Made by a program: the position numbers and the translations under genes. A DNA stretch of 51,283 nucleotides, counting the filler, from Jimgerdemannia flammicorona (Eukaryota), in assembly GCA_003990765.1 (NCBI GenBank). It is 2 parts of 2 records of this genome, joined end to end, with 100 filler letters (N's around TTAATTAATTAA, not from the genome) between each part and the next. Parts side by side here need not be neighbours in the genome. Positions count along the whole stretch, not along the records: positions 1 to 25,592 come from RBNJ01000814.1; 1 more part is not named here. One strand, given 5' to 3'. The notes under the pieces are model-generated. The model did not search any database. It saw only the letters and a program-made list of their open reading frames with translations, and had not been told where the DNA came from. Position 1 is the first letter of the stretch. Every line of letters starts with the position of its first letter. Below are positions 1 to 11,129 of this stretch, one piece after another.

Positions 1-844
1 GGGGGGGGGGCGGGGAGGAGAGCGACTTTAGATGACGATGAGCTGCTTTAAAAGAAGTATACCAATTTTCTCGCATCGTAAGTTGTTCGCCACTTATCTG
101 GGGACCCCGTCAGACGAGGCTTTGCTTATTATTTTATCTTTATTTTATTTTTTTCATGTTTTCAACAACTATACGTTTAACCCCGTTCGTTGACTATACG
201 ATTATACTCCTGCCCTCTTCCATTCATCGAAGGAAGGGGTGCAATGTCCCACACTGAAACTAGCGTAACTAGACGAACATCCAAGGGGAAGGGTTAGATG
301 GGATTGGTGGTTGAGAATCTTCGTTTGGATGATTGCTATAAGATCCTCGATGTTGAACTACGTTTTTGTTTGGAGGTGCGAGCAATCAGCTCGCCACAGC
401 CCCCACCAAGCCATCGGGTCTCCAATCTGCGGTTGCGTCATACCACGGCACAAAATGTCAACGTAAAACGTCCGGCCTGTGAACGAATCTGGGCCCGATT
501 CGTTCGGAGCGTGCACTTGATTCACTAGAAGACTACACCTGCAAGTTCGACCATCATTCCGACTCGCTTGGCCTGCAGCTTCGATGAGCTCCAGCCAGCC
601 ACGAACGTTGAACAACTCTTCAACCAGAACAAACGACAGAATGAACAAGCTTCATAACCTTTTTCACAAAATATTATATATTGATATACTCGAGCAAACA
701 TAGATAATATACAAACATAAACTGTGCTCACGATGTTCACAACAAGCTATTTCCCACTGATGCACAATGGCTTTTCAAAAAGATATGTATGAAGCGTGAA
801 TAATTTGGAAAGCCACCGTTCCGGCCGCAACCATCGTGCCTTTC

Positions 845-3800
845 TTACGGAGACCGGATCATGTTCTCCAGCTCCACGCGGATGCCCGCGGGACTCCAAT
901 TGTAGTCAGAAGGAACATTAGGGCAGGGAAGCAGCAAATACTCGCTTGCTATTGTCGCTTGGTAATTATAGAAGATATACTCCCTCAGTTTGAGACGGTG
1001 AACGATGCTGGGCAACTTCCAATCTGGATAGACACTTTCGAAAGCAGTGTATTTGTACGATTTCTCTTCATGTTTCATCCAGTGGTCTCGTTGAACGTTC
1101 CGTGTGCACGATTCAGCGGCTACTGTCATGTCGCCGCTCCAATATACGCCCATTAAACCCTCCGGTTGATGGTACGTGTCATGTTTCAAATTGTCAGCTT
1201 CATGATTGGCGGAGAGTATACAGGGGCTCCTGCATCTTGGACATGGATGGCCACACCGCGGACGAATATCTTGCGAGTTTTGTCTGTCGATCAGGTATTG
1301 CAAGACTTTCGAACACAGCTCCTCAAGCTTGGCAGACGAAATCGTGGGCATGTGCTCGCCTATACGATTCGCCACGTCTTGTTGGACTCTATCGAAGACG
1401 TCCGGTGTCTCACCGTCGCACGAGTCAAAATCGCTGCCACCGCTTTGTACTTTGAGAGACAGATACGTAGTCATTAAAAGGTTCGCTAATGACGTTCGTA
1501 ACGCACTGAGAAACTTGGCCGCTCGTTGGGATTCCGCTCGTTTTGCCTTGACGGCTGCATCTTTCAAGCTGCTGATTACTTGGCTTCTAAATAAATTCCA
1601 CTGAGGCTGCAGAACTGATTGCATCGTCTTGCAAATGAGATTGTGTTGGACCTTCTGGTAATGCTTACGGCTTGCTTCTGGGTTGAAAATCTCCAAAACT
1701 CGCGACTCCTCGCCTCGTTCGAGCATGTTTAGCAGGTCTAGGTCGAGGTGAGCCTGCATAATCTTTGGGTCGAGCACCCATTGTCGGGTTTTGAGAACAG
1801 CGGCAACGAAAGGAATAAGCTCGTGTTCGAAAGCATTAGCCATGTGCAGCTGGAATATAGAATGCAGAGTTGCCGTGAGGAGCTCGGCCCCTGCAACGCC
1901 TTTGGAGACGTTGTCAAAGAAAATCCACATTTGGTTTTGTTCGTTCTTGAGGCGCACCGAAACACTGTTGTGCATGTCCCAGTTGTCCTGTGCGGTTTTC
2001 AGTAGGCTGACAACTAACGAATAGGCGTGCTCGTGTCCTTTCTGTCGCAGGCCCTTGCTCGCTCCTCTTAGTATTAAATTCGTCGAGTCTATTGCCTCTA
2101 TGACAAGCCTATCAGAGTAGCGTTGCACCGAATGTAGATCGCGATTGATTTTGGCAGTAAGGCGGTTCAGAACCTCTTGCTCATCACTTCGCGAATTGGG
2201 ACCAGAGACCCAGCTGTGGATGATATCATTCACGACAGTCACACCTCTTTGCCAGGAAGATGACAATTGCGATGCGCTCTTGGTAAGCTTAATATTGTCG
2301 GCAATGATACTCTGGTGATTCTTATAGATATTCAGCACAATCTTATCAACCTCGCTAGCCATAGGCGGATGAGCTCCTTTGGCTTCTTGAACAAAGGCAC
2401 TGAAAATGTCCTCAAACATTTTTTGTTTTACCTCCTTGCTCCCCTCGCGGTTGTGCCGTGCCTCCAGTGTGTCACCTTGGAAGAGCTCCCGAATTATTTT
2501 TCTCATGCGTTCCTGATACTTGGCGACATAGGCACCAAACATGCACTGGTTGCTGATAATGTCGCCAAGCATTCGATTCCAAAAGTTCTTTTGATCCAAT
2601 AGTACCCGTTCCCAACGGATCTTCTGGTCGGTTTGCCATTTTTCCCAGCGAGGCTCGGAAAGGTATCTGCGAATTCGCTTGTCGAGCTCGGTGATCTCGT
2701 ACTCGACTGAGATTTCCAGTCGGCTCTCAAACTCCTTTTGCATGCGGTTAACCAACTCTGCATCCATTGCCGCCTTGTTATCGCCGTGACTCACAAGTTC
2801 CTTCTCGAGTTTGCTGAAATTTTCGTCGTAGTGTTGTGTCAGCGACCGTTGCGCCTCCGACATCTTCTTCTCGAGGTCGTCGTGAGCAACGCGTTCAACT
2901 GCTGACTTGAAATTGAGTTGGAAGTTGGACGACAGGATGCACTGCCATACCGTCTCCAAATAGTCTGAGAATGTCTGAATATTTCTTGTGCGCCATCCCC
3001 CAGATGCCGAGGAAGTGAGTCGAGAGTGAATGTGCTCGCGAAGTTGCATCAAATCTTCGCCATATTGCGTAATGGGGAGATCGTTAGGTGGTGCGTGATC
3101 GCGTTTGATGTTTCCAAGCACTTTTATATCGCTATCTCCGTCCTTTGCGGCGTCATAACGGAAGTCTCGGAACGCGCTGTTGACACTCAGCTGTGTTGAA
3201 GATACTCGGACCCCATCATCATAAAGATAATCGTCTTCCCTTTGTGTCGCTGCTGTCTCCCCAAGTTTCGATACCTGTTCAAATGCCTCCCGAAGAGCCA
3301 AGATAAGGCTTTGCTTGATTTCTGAAAGCTTTCCAGTTTGAGTGGTATCGATACGTGTGTACACAAAAAACATCATGGAGCTGAGTTGGCCACCGTTGCT
3401 CTCGGCCAGCTTCGAATCTTGATATGCCGATAGAACGATTGGCAAGATTTCCTTAACGGCTTTGTCGTCTTCGCCGTTGTTGACGACAATCGTCGCATCG
3501 GCCGGGAGAAGTGCAAATGTGGCCATGCGGTTGTCATGGATCTTTAACGTTAAAATGAAAATGCGTCGTTAACATGAGCTGAATTGAAGTACATTATTTC
3601 CACATGCGACGCGTCAACAACGTACCTCACTTTCAGGTAACTCCGAATATTCGGGAGCTCGAACACCCTCGGTGTCCAGCAAAAGTATGTAGTCGTACTC
3701 TGCGCGGCCTTCAACTTTGAGAAGCTGCATGTTGACGCCACGAGTGCACTGGCCGACGCTCGTGCGCAGGCGAACTCCAAACATGATATTCAACAGCGTA

Positions 3801-6800
3801 GACTTCCCGCTGCTCTGTACCCCCATCACGGATAGCACGAATATACGAGGTCGGACTACGGAACGACCATTGTCGCATCTACTGCCCAAGTCTTGCTGTA
3901 CCTCATGGCTCGGTAATTCTTGCTCAATAAGCATGGTCTCCAATTCTCTCAAGACCGCCTGAATCCATGGCAAATTCATCATGCCTGCATCTCCGTCCAT
4001 AAGTTCGAGCGCAAATCCATCTATAAGATGCTGCGCCGCTAAGCGGGGAAGCAGGGAGTAACGATTCGGCTCAGCAACATACAAATGGCTAACCTCGCGC
4101 CACAGGTGCTCCAGCGAGACGACGGTAAGGTTGTAACTTTGTTTGGCTCGTCGCCAATGATCCATGAGTCGTGTCAAATTGTAGCCACGGCTTGAGTAAT
4201 TTCCTGAACGCCTTCGCTCTTCCTCGCATGCCGTCCATGCCGCCTGTTCTGCTTCCTTTCGCTGCCGTAACGCCGTGGCACACTCTAAAACGAGCAATTC
4301 CTCTAGCTGACGGATACCTAGCACGCGCGACACGGGGTTTGGCTGCCGAAGAACTCCAATAAACAGTCGGACAAACTCATGCGTGGACACGTCGTAGGCT
4401 TGTTCGTATCGCCTTCTGCGCTCGGCATCAATTTCCTTCCCGATCCTCGTCTCCTCGCCGGGGTTGTTGCGGTTTTTAATTGAGTGCAAGTTGTTCACGG
4501 CAGCGGCTTCTTTGACGTAACTAAGCTGCATTTTGAAATCCTCCAGTCGCAGCTTTTCAAAAGGCTGCCGCTTCACAACTGACTGGAGTTCTATCAGATT
4601 GACAGGATCAACATCAAGAAGGCCGGGCAATGAGAAGCGAGCGAGCGGAGTTCGCGAATATCCTTCGACCTCTTTGATTTCCTTGGAAAGTGCCTTGGAT
4701 GCATTGACGAGCAATCGCGCGATCTCAGGAACTGTCGATCCGAGATTTCCAGTGAAGCAACGGTGCTTGAACGGTTTGGTTATGACCTTTGACTTTTCCG
4801 TGATCGGGCTTGGTATCCATTTCACAATGCCTTTGATGGTGTGTTGATTGGGGGGGCTAAATGCGCGGGTTGGATCGGGATCGCTCTCAACTAACAAGCA
4901 ATCTGTATATTGCCGCAGGAATGGCCACAGCGGCGTGAAATCACCGATGACGTGAAGAACCATACAAGGTGTCGTGGTGCGTGCCTGCGTGCCAACGTCG
5001 GAAGACACAATGAATCCACACCCAAGTTCTGCCACCGATGTGCACTCAGTAAGCTTGCCGCCAATAGTGTTTCGATCGATGGCGTGCACAGAATGAATGT
5101 TGAACAGCTCCTTCATCCACGCAGCCGTCTGACTTTGCTCGATCGTTCTGCACGAGATGACGGCGATACGCAGCATGGATGTATCCTTGGATAGGCGCAC
5201 AGTACCGCCAACTGTGGTAGTCTCAATGAAGCTCAAAGCAGAAATGTTGAACATGAAGGGCGAAGAGTCACGGTTCGATGGTGTGATGAGAGGCACAGCG
5301 TTACGGCGGTTGAGCAGCAGGCGAAATATTTCCATCTTGCCAGTCACGTCGAACGAGTTGACAACGCCCAGCATTATATCGAAGAGACTGCTGACAGGAA
5401 CAGTTGAAGATGAAACTAAGTTTTCTGCCTCGTCGAACCAGTCGAAAGAAGTCTCATCTTCGGCATTTTCCTCTTCCATATGTTCTTCTGTATGCTCTTC
5501 TATATAATTGGCCGTGAGAGGCGGTAACGCAAGATCCAGCCGATGGCGCAGACAATCCAGAATGTACGTATCTGCTGCCTTCTGTGCAAGCACCAAAGGC
5601 CTGTCAACCAACATGGACGAGTAAGAGTGCAATGCTGCGGATAGTGACGTGCTTTGTCGTTCAGTGCTGCTGTTGTTTTCGTTTATGTCATCTTGAGCGA
5701 TACTAATCCAATCGGCCTCCTCTGGTTGACGAGCTCGTGGCTTGGTCAAATTAGCTTCTGGATGCGTGATATTCCTCACATCTTCAATCAACGAATGCAT
5801 GCCTTCATCAGTGAGCGGTACAAGAAACCCATCTTCAGTCCAGCCGTAGTAGTTGATGAGTCTTTCTGCGACGGCCGCGTGTGAACCTATCGATTGGGGT
5901 TGTTGTCCAATGTTTTTTGCCAACACTTCCGACACGCGCTGATTTAGTAAAGTCAAGTCGATGGCTTGAACACCGTCCATTATCTCCGATTTCAGACAAG
6001 AAAGAGACTCGGCGAGATCGCTAATGTCGACAGACGGAACATCCCACGAGCGAGTTGTGTCGCCTACTTTCGAATTACCTATCACGCCGACCGGTGCTAC
6101 AACAATCTTGCGCAGCTTCGGTGTCAACACAATGCTCGCCTGTTCAAGTTGTTCTCGTGTGGTGGCGTCAAATACCTTTCGAAGCAGATGGTGCGACTCC
6201 GGTTTACCTTCAAGCTCAGCGACTCGGTCCAAGAAGTTTGGCAAATAACTGCGCTGCATTGCTTCGAGCAAGGTTCGACCAGATTCATATCTGCAGCGAG
6301 AAATAATATAGAATATTGTAACAAGAGTTGTCATGAGGTCACTATCTGTCGCGGATATAAGATCCAAGTTTAGCGTCTTAACTAGTATTCTATCCAACTC
6401 ATCGAATGCTTCGTTGAAAGGTAGCCCGCACTCAAAATTGCGGATTTGGCTGCTGAGATGGCACGCATTGTTCTTCACCGCATCGGCAATCAAGGCATCC
6501 ATCTTTGCGCGCTGTATTTCAAACTGCACAATCGGGATGTAGTTGTATTGGCCAGCATTCTGGAGCCACGCCGTGCGAAGTAGCTGAGCCGCAGTGCGAA
6601 TCTCCGCGCTCGAGTCATCTTTCAAGAGGTCCCAGATTGGCACAAGTGAACCGAAGTCATCTCGATCGATGATATGCCAGGTGCGGTTGTTGGACTGCAG
6701 CACTTTGTAGAAAAGATCGGGATTCGTGGTGTTCGGTCCATGCGCCTCGGCTTTCAGACTAATTTCTGCATCGCGTCTTGCGTTTTCTGAAGTCGCCGTC

Positions 6801-8605
6801 TCAGATTCAAAGTTGAAGCTCGTATGCTTAACAGAAGTGCCGGCTTCGAATCCAAAGCCAGAGAAACCGAGTGACTCCTCATTGCTTATCTGACGACCGG
6901 CCAGAGTTTGCAAAATCGAAGCCTCCGTTTCATCGTTTGTCTTCACCTCGACGATGCGCCACAGGATGCCTCCGAGGTGATGCATACCACTCGAAACATG
7001 CGAACCGTATTCGGAAAGAAATTTACGTGCCCGCTCCATGTTGATCACTGCACGTGCGTCGCCTTCAGCTTCTCTCGACAACCTCATCTGATCTCGGGGA
7101 ATACAAAATGCTTTCGTGTAAAAAAGGTTGAAGTGCATAGCGGCCGCGGTTGCCGTTAGAGTCTTCGAGTTCCCGCCACCAAAAACACATCCGTCCGCTC
7201 TCAAGCCGGAAGCCAAGGTGTAGCCAGATGATATCGCGATACGACGGAATTCCGCGCCCGTCTCAGCGCTTGAGAACGATACCGAATCACATTTGTTGGC
7301 GTGCAAAGGAGGGACCAGTTGGCAGTAAACTGGCTCGCGCAACAACGGACGTCTAGCTTGGTGGCCAAGTAATTCAGGATTTCCGCCAAAATACATGCCG
7401 TGGAGGGCCAGCCCGGCGCTGCATCGTGCGATGAGTTGTTCGTCCGGCTCGACCGAAACTGACGAAGGGTCGAGATCGGAACATGCACCAATCAAATCGT
7501 TCTCGATGTTGCTGAGGCTGTTTTTCAGCGCCGTAGAGTCCCACTCAGTTGGCCAAGTAAGACCGTCCGTCTTAAACATGCGATGCAACTCTTGAACGCG
7601 ATCTTTCAGATTGTCTCTTTCGGTTGGGTGATCGGTGGCCGCTTCAATTTTGAGATCTCTCACGGTTTTTATTGCTTCCTCGACGCGCACCTTGTTCGCC
7701 AGCCTGCTTTCTTCTGCGCGATTCTTCTCCTCTCGCGCGGTAGCGGTCTCTTCGTGAAACATACGAGACAACTTGCTCTTGGCCTTTGGGTCGCTCTCTT
7801 CAGCAATCAATTGCTCTATGCGACGTTGGTCGATGTCGTCAATGCAATTGATACCTTCACTTTCGAGTTTGTCGGTAAAAATAGGAGGAAGTTTGTATTT
7901 GAAGACGGTGCACCTGATATCGTTTCCGGCAGCCCATAACTCGGTTATGATTCTTTCATTGACCGTGGAAGTACCGCCGCTCGATGATATTTGCCACTGA
8001 ATGTCCACCCAACGTTGCTGCTGGAGTTGCCTTCTTGTTGGAAATCGCCGACAAAACTCGTCGAGCCAGGAGGGATTGCCGACACCTGCAGCCTTTAAAA
8101 GGCCACGAACTTCGAGCCGATCTTTAAGCCGACTTAGCGCCGCAGTCTCAATACCGAGCTCCTGCGCTCGATTCGAGTCTTGAAGTGCCTGTGCGAGGTC
8201 ATCTTGCTTGAAAGAATAGTCCATAATGAGCGGTATAGCCAGATCCGTCATGTGGAGATCCTTCAGTAAGTCTTGGAGCCCGGGTTCAAGCGAAAGTAGG
8301 GCGGCATCGCACAACAAAACACGATCGGCGGCGCTCAACGACGAAGATTGGCCATAGTTGTCATCCTCCAAGATCCTGCGGACAATACCCGCCAATTCAT
8401 GCAACCTCTCGGGCTCGTTCATGGCCCTGTCGAGCTCGGAGCGCCAATCATCTAAATATAAAAACAGGTGATGCAAGGCGTAAGTCAATGGAATTGAGAC
8501 GCCGAATCCGAATATATATATATACCGATCTTTCAAACTATAATCACCAAGAATGTTTTCTGATGTATGAGAGCTTTCAGAATGATTATCTGGTTGTACA
8601 ATCAT
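845..8605 (-). CDS. Very large inducible GTPase (GVIN1/VLIG/URGCP-like), ~2,550 aa, with N-terminal MACPF-like segment; exons ~8605..3626 and 3541..845
   Basis: ORFs 3614..8659 and 845..3526 join through a phase-0 intron at 3625..3542 (GTACGT...TTAAAG), giving DTEGVRAPEYSELPESE|IHDNRMATFALL, which matches the VLIG pattern DTEGLRAPE...HDNELATF. Motifs: G1 GVQSSGKSTLLN, G2 GQCTRG, G3 LLDTEG, the GVIN-type LRHLWRE-like motif (LEHLWREVSHLY) and a C-terminal Cys/His cluster CGHPCPRCRSPC...HDTYHQPEGL. The 5' end is uncertain: the track start at 8659 is TTG, the first ATG is at 8605, and 8452..8525 looks intron-like. Confidence 0.9.
3542..3625 (-). other. Spliceosomal intron (84 nt) in the VLIG gene
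   Basis: Donor GAG|GTACGT and acceptor TTAAAG|ATC. The intron contains the in-frame TGA that ends the upstream ORF, and splicing restores the conserved HDN motif in frame. Confidence 0.9.
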
Positions 8606-9220
8606 GGCGTACACACTTCGATGTAGCTGCAATAAACGCTCTACCAAAATAGCGTCCAAGTTAGTATGTATCTTTGCGCGTCAAATAGATTGTCAGCGAA
8701 TGCAAGTTCTTCACTACTCACATTTGTATTTGGTTATGAAATCGAATTGCTTTCAATTTTTAGACAGAATGTAATGTTCAGAGTCCAGTTCCAAGATCTC
8801 AGTCCCGCGAGAATCCCTGATCCACAAAAGCCCTCAGAAAGTTTTTTTTTTTTATTGAGCCTCACCAGATATACTAACGTAGCTCTTTAGTTCTTCAGAG
8901 CCTTCAGAGTCCTTCTAGGCCGTAACGTTCCCTAACAGGTATTGTTCGTGATATCGTTCGAGTCTTGCGCACAGTGTGATACGAATTCTTGTTATATATA
9001 GTTGTATAATAGCGAGAAATCTGGCACACTTAGTTGGGGATATGTTGTCCTTTCGAACAACGAAGAGGCATAATTTAGATTTGCAGCTCTCATAAATAGA
9101 GCTCGCATATGTGTGGGAATTCTTTACACGACTCACGAAACCTTGGGTTCAGATTGCAAGCCACAATCGACAATCGCGAACTATACCAAGATCAGTGCGC
9201 TGATATAAGCGACTGTTTCT

Positions 9221-9361
9221 CGACGCGACATAACTTTGAGTAGTGAGCTTCATTTCATGCACATAATGCTCCCAAACGAATCGAATCAATTCGACGCGAC
9301 ATAACTTACAATATGAGCTACATTTCATGCACATAATGCTCCCAACGAATCGAATCGAATT
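9221..9361. repeat. ~71-bp tandem duplication spanning the left MITE junction
   Basis: CGACGCGACATAACTT...CATTTCATGCACATAATGCTCCCAA(A)CGAATCGAATC begins at both 9221 and 9292. Confidence 0.85.
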
Positions 9362-9608
9362 GATGTCAAAAATTTTATCCTAACTTTAAAATACAATAAC
9401 TCAATGAATCTAAATCTAAATATAATATTCTTTGTTGTACTAGATTTGCCTTAATAAAGCGAATCCAATAAACTAAAATTCATTAAGTTTGGACATGTTT
9501 TTGTTGAATTATTGAATTTTGAAAAATTAGGTTCCAATCGAATATTTCAAATCGAATCGAATTGGGGTCAAATTCGATTCGCTTCGATTCGATTCGTTGA
9601 GAGCACTA
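9334..9608. mobile_element. Non-autonomous hAT-type DNA transposon (MITE), 275 bp
   Basis: ~26-bp TIRs: TAATGCTCCCAACGAATCGAATCGAA on the left versus TAGTGCTCTCAACGAATCGAATCGAA as the reverse complement of the right end. Perfect 8-bp TSD CATGCACA at 9326-9333 and 9609-9616. AT-rich noncoding interior. Confidence 0.85.
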
Positions 9609-10227
9609 CATGCACAATTGCCCCTCTGAAATACAGTGACACTCTTGCTTAGCCAACCGAATCAGACTGTCACTAGTTGGGTATATGCCGAAATTAAAGG
9701 GGTAGGGTAGTCAGGCAGGCCCTCAGCAAGTGATACAAAGATCGCAAATTTACTATCTAACCACTAAAAACAATAGAGAATGCTTACTTTGCTATCCATA
9801 TTATTGTAGGAAATGAAGAGAGCTCTCTACACCAATAACCTATTCCCTCTGAGCAAGGTGCCAGAAGTATTGTTGCTTGCTTGATCGTAAAAATGACGCT
9901 CTCGGCTCAATCCAGAAGCGTAATCGATGAACGCGAACAGGCTATAAATTGATCGCTCAAATGGGCTACTTTGGTAATGCATAGCGTTTCGATCCGAAAA
10001 GCCTAGTTCGATTTGGAGCACGGGATCTCGACATGGCTCTACGATCCAACCCAGTGCGATAATCCAGTCTGACACAAGAGAGTATTTGTAGGCATGGGAT
10101 GATAGGATTTACGTGACCTATCATGTGTACAAGTTCGAATTGGAATCATTAATAGTGTGTTCAAATCAAATCCGACCTTATTTTTGAGCTAATGGTCTGT
10201 CAATCAGTCCACGGGTTCCAAATAAAG

Positions 10228-10306
10228 TTCCGCAAATTGGCCTGATTTAGACACGAGTCATCGTCCACAATTCCGCAAATCGGCCTGATTAGACATGGGT
10301 CATTGT
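10228..10306. repeat. ~43-bp imperfect tandem duplication
   Basis: TTCCGCAAATYGGCCTGATT(T)AGACAYGRGTCATYGT at 10228 and 10271. Confidence 0.7.
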
Positions 10307-11129
10307 TTAACAGTCACGTTTATCATCTCGTATCGTTTGGCCCCAGTGAAAATAGTGCGTGAATAAAGGTGTCAAAAAATGAGAGATTGTGCTGATGTAA
10401 TGTTATCACACTGAAAATGAGACAGCGATTTCTCTACATTTCGACTTTTCTATTCTTTTCGCATTACATAAACTTAACTTTTGTGGATGTATATACGCGC
10501 GGTGTGAAGTGGGGCTAAGGGTTTTACTATGAAATGCATCTTAGCCGCCTGGCCTGAAAAGCGACTGCAAGCATTGTCATTCCACAACCGGGCTGTACCC
10601 AGCACCTTTGGCAATGTCGATCAATGATCGTTTGGTATGTTTTTACATGATTGACTGAACCAATCATGTTCTTTTATGCCTTTTTATGCCTCGGTACCGT
10701 CGGCACCGCAAGGTGTCCCAAATTTTTGCAGGACGATACAGGTTTAGCTTCCCTACTGCGGTAAGTAATTTGATTCCATACCCATGTTCCGTTATTACAC
10801 AAACGTCTCCAAGTACTTCGTCTTTGTTTCACTGTCATTGTTGTAAGGGGTTTCAGCTGAATAGGGTACAGTCGGAATTTGCGTGCACTGAACGGCTAAG
10901 GGCTGAATGACGGCTAAGTGCAGAACGACTCGACTCTGCCTGTAGTGAAAACCCCCCATAACTGCGGAACTGTGTGTGACGTTACATACCGTTCAAATGA
11001 TATAAACAATTATTTGTCCAACATCTTGGAAATCATGTGTCATGTTGCTGTGGCACAGATACGCTCCATAAATACCTCCGTCAACAGATATGAATGGATC
11101 GTATTTCTCTCGAACTATTTCCAAAACAA

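Noticed and set aside
298..740. Short ORFs at the window start
   Set aside because: No recognisable motif or convincing splice structure.
845..8659. Two separate genes (1681 aa and 893 aa) or a programmed readthrough
   Set aside because: A canonical 84-nt GT-AG intron joins them in the middle of the GTPase domain.
9221..9616. GAATC-rich repeats as a CRISPR array
   Set aside because: Explained by MITE TIRs plus one tandem duplication. There are no regular unique spacers and no cas genes, and the context is eukaryotic.
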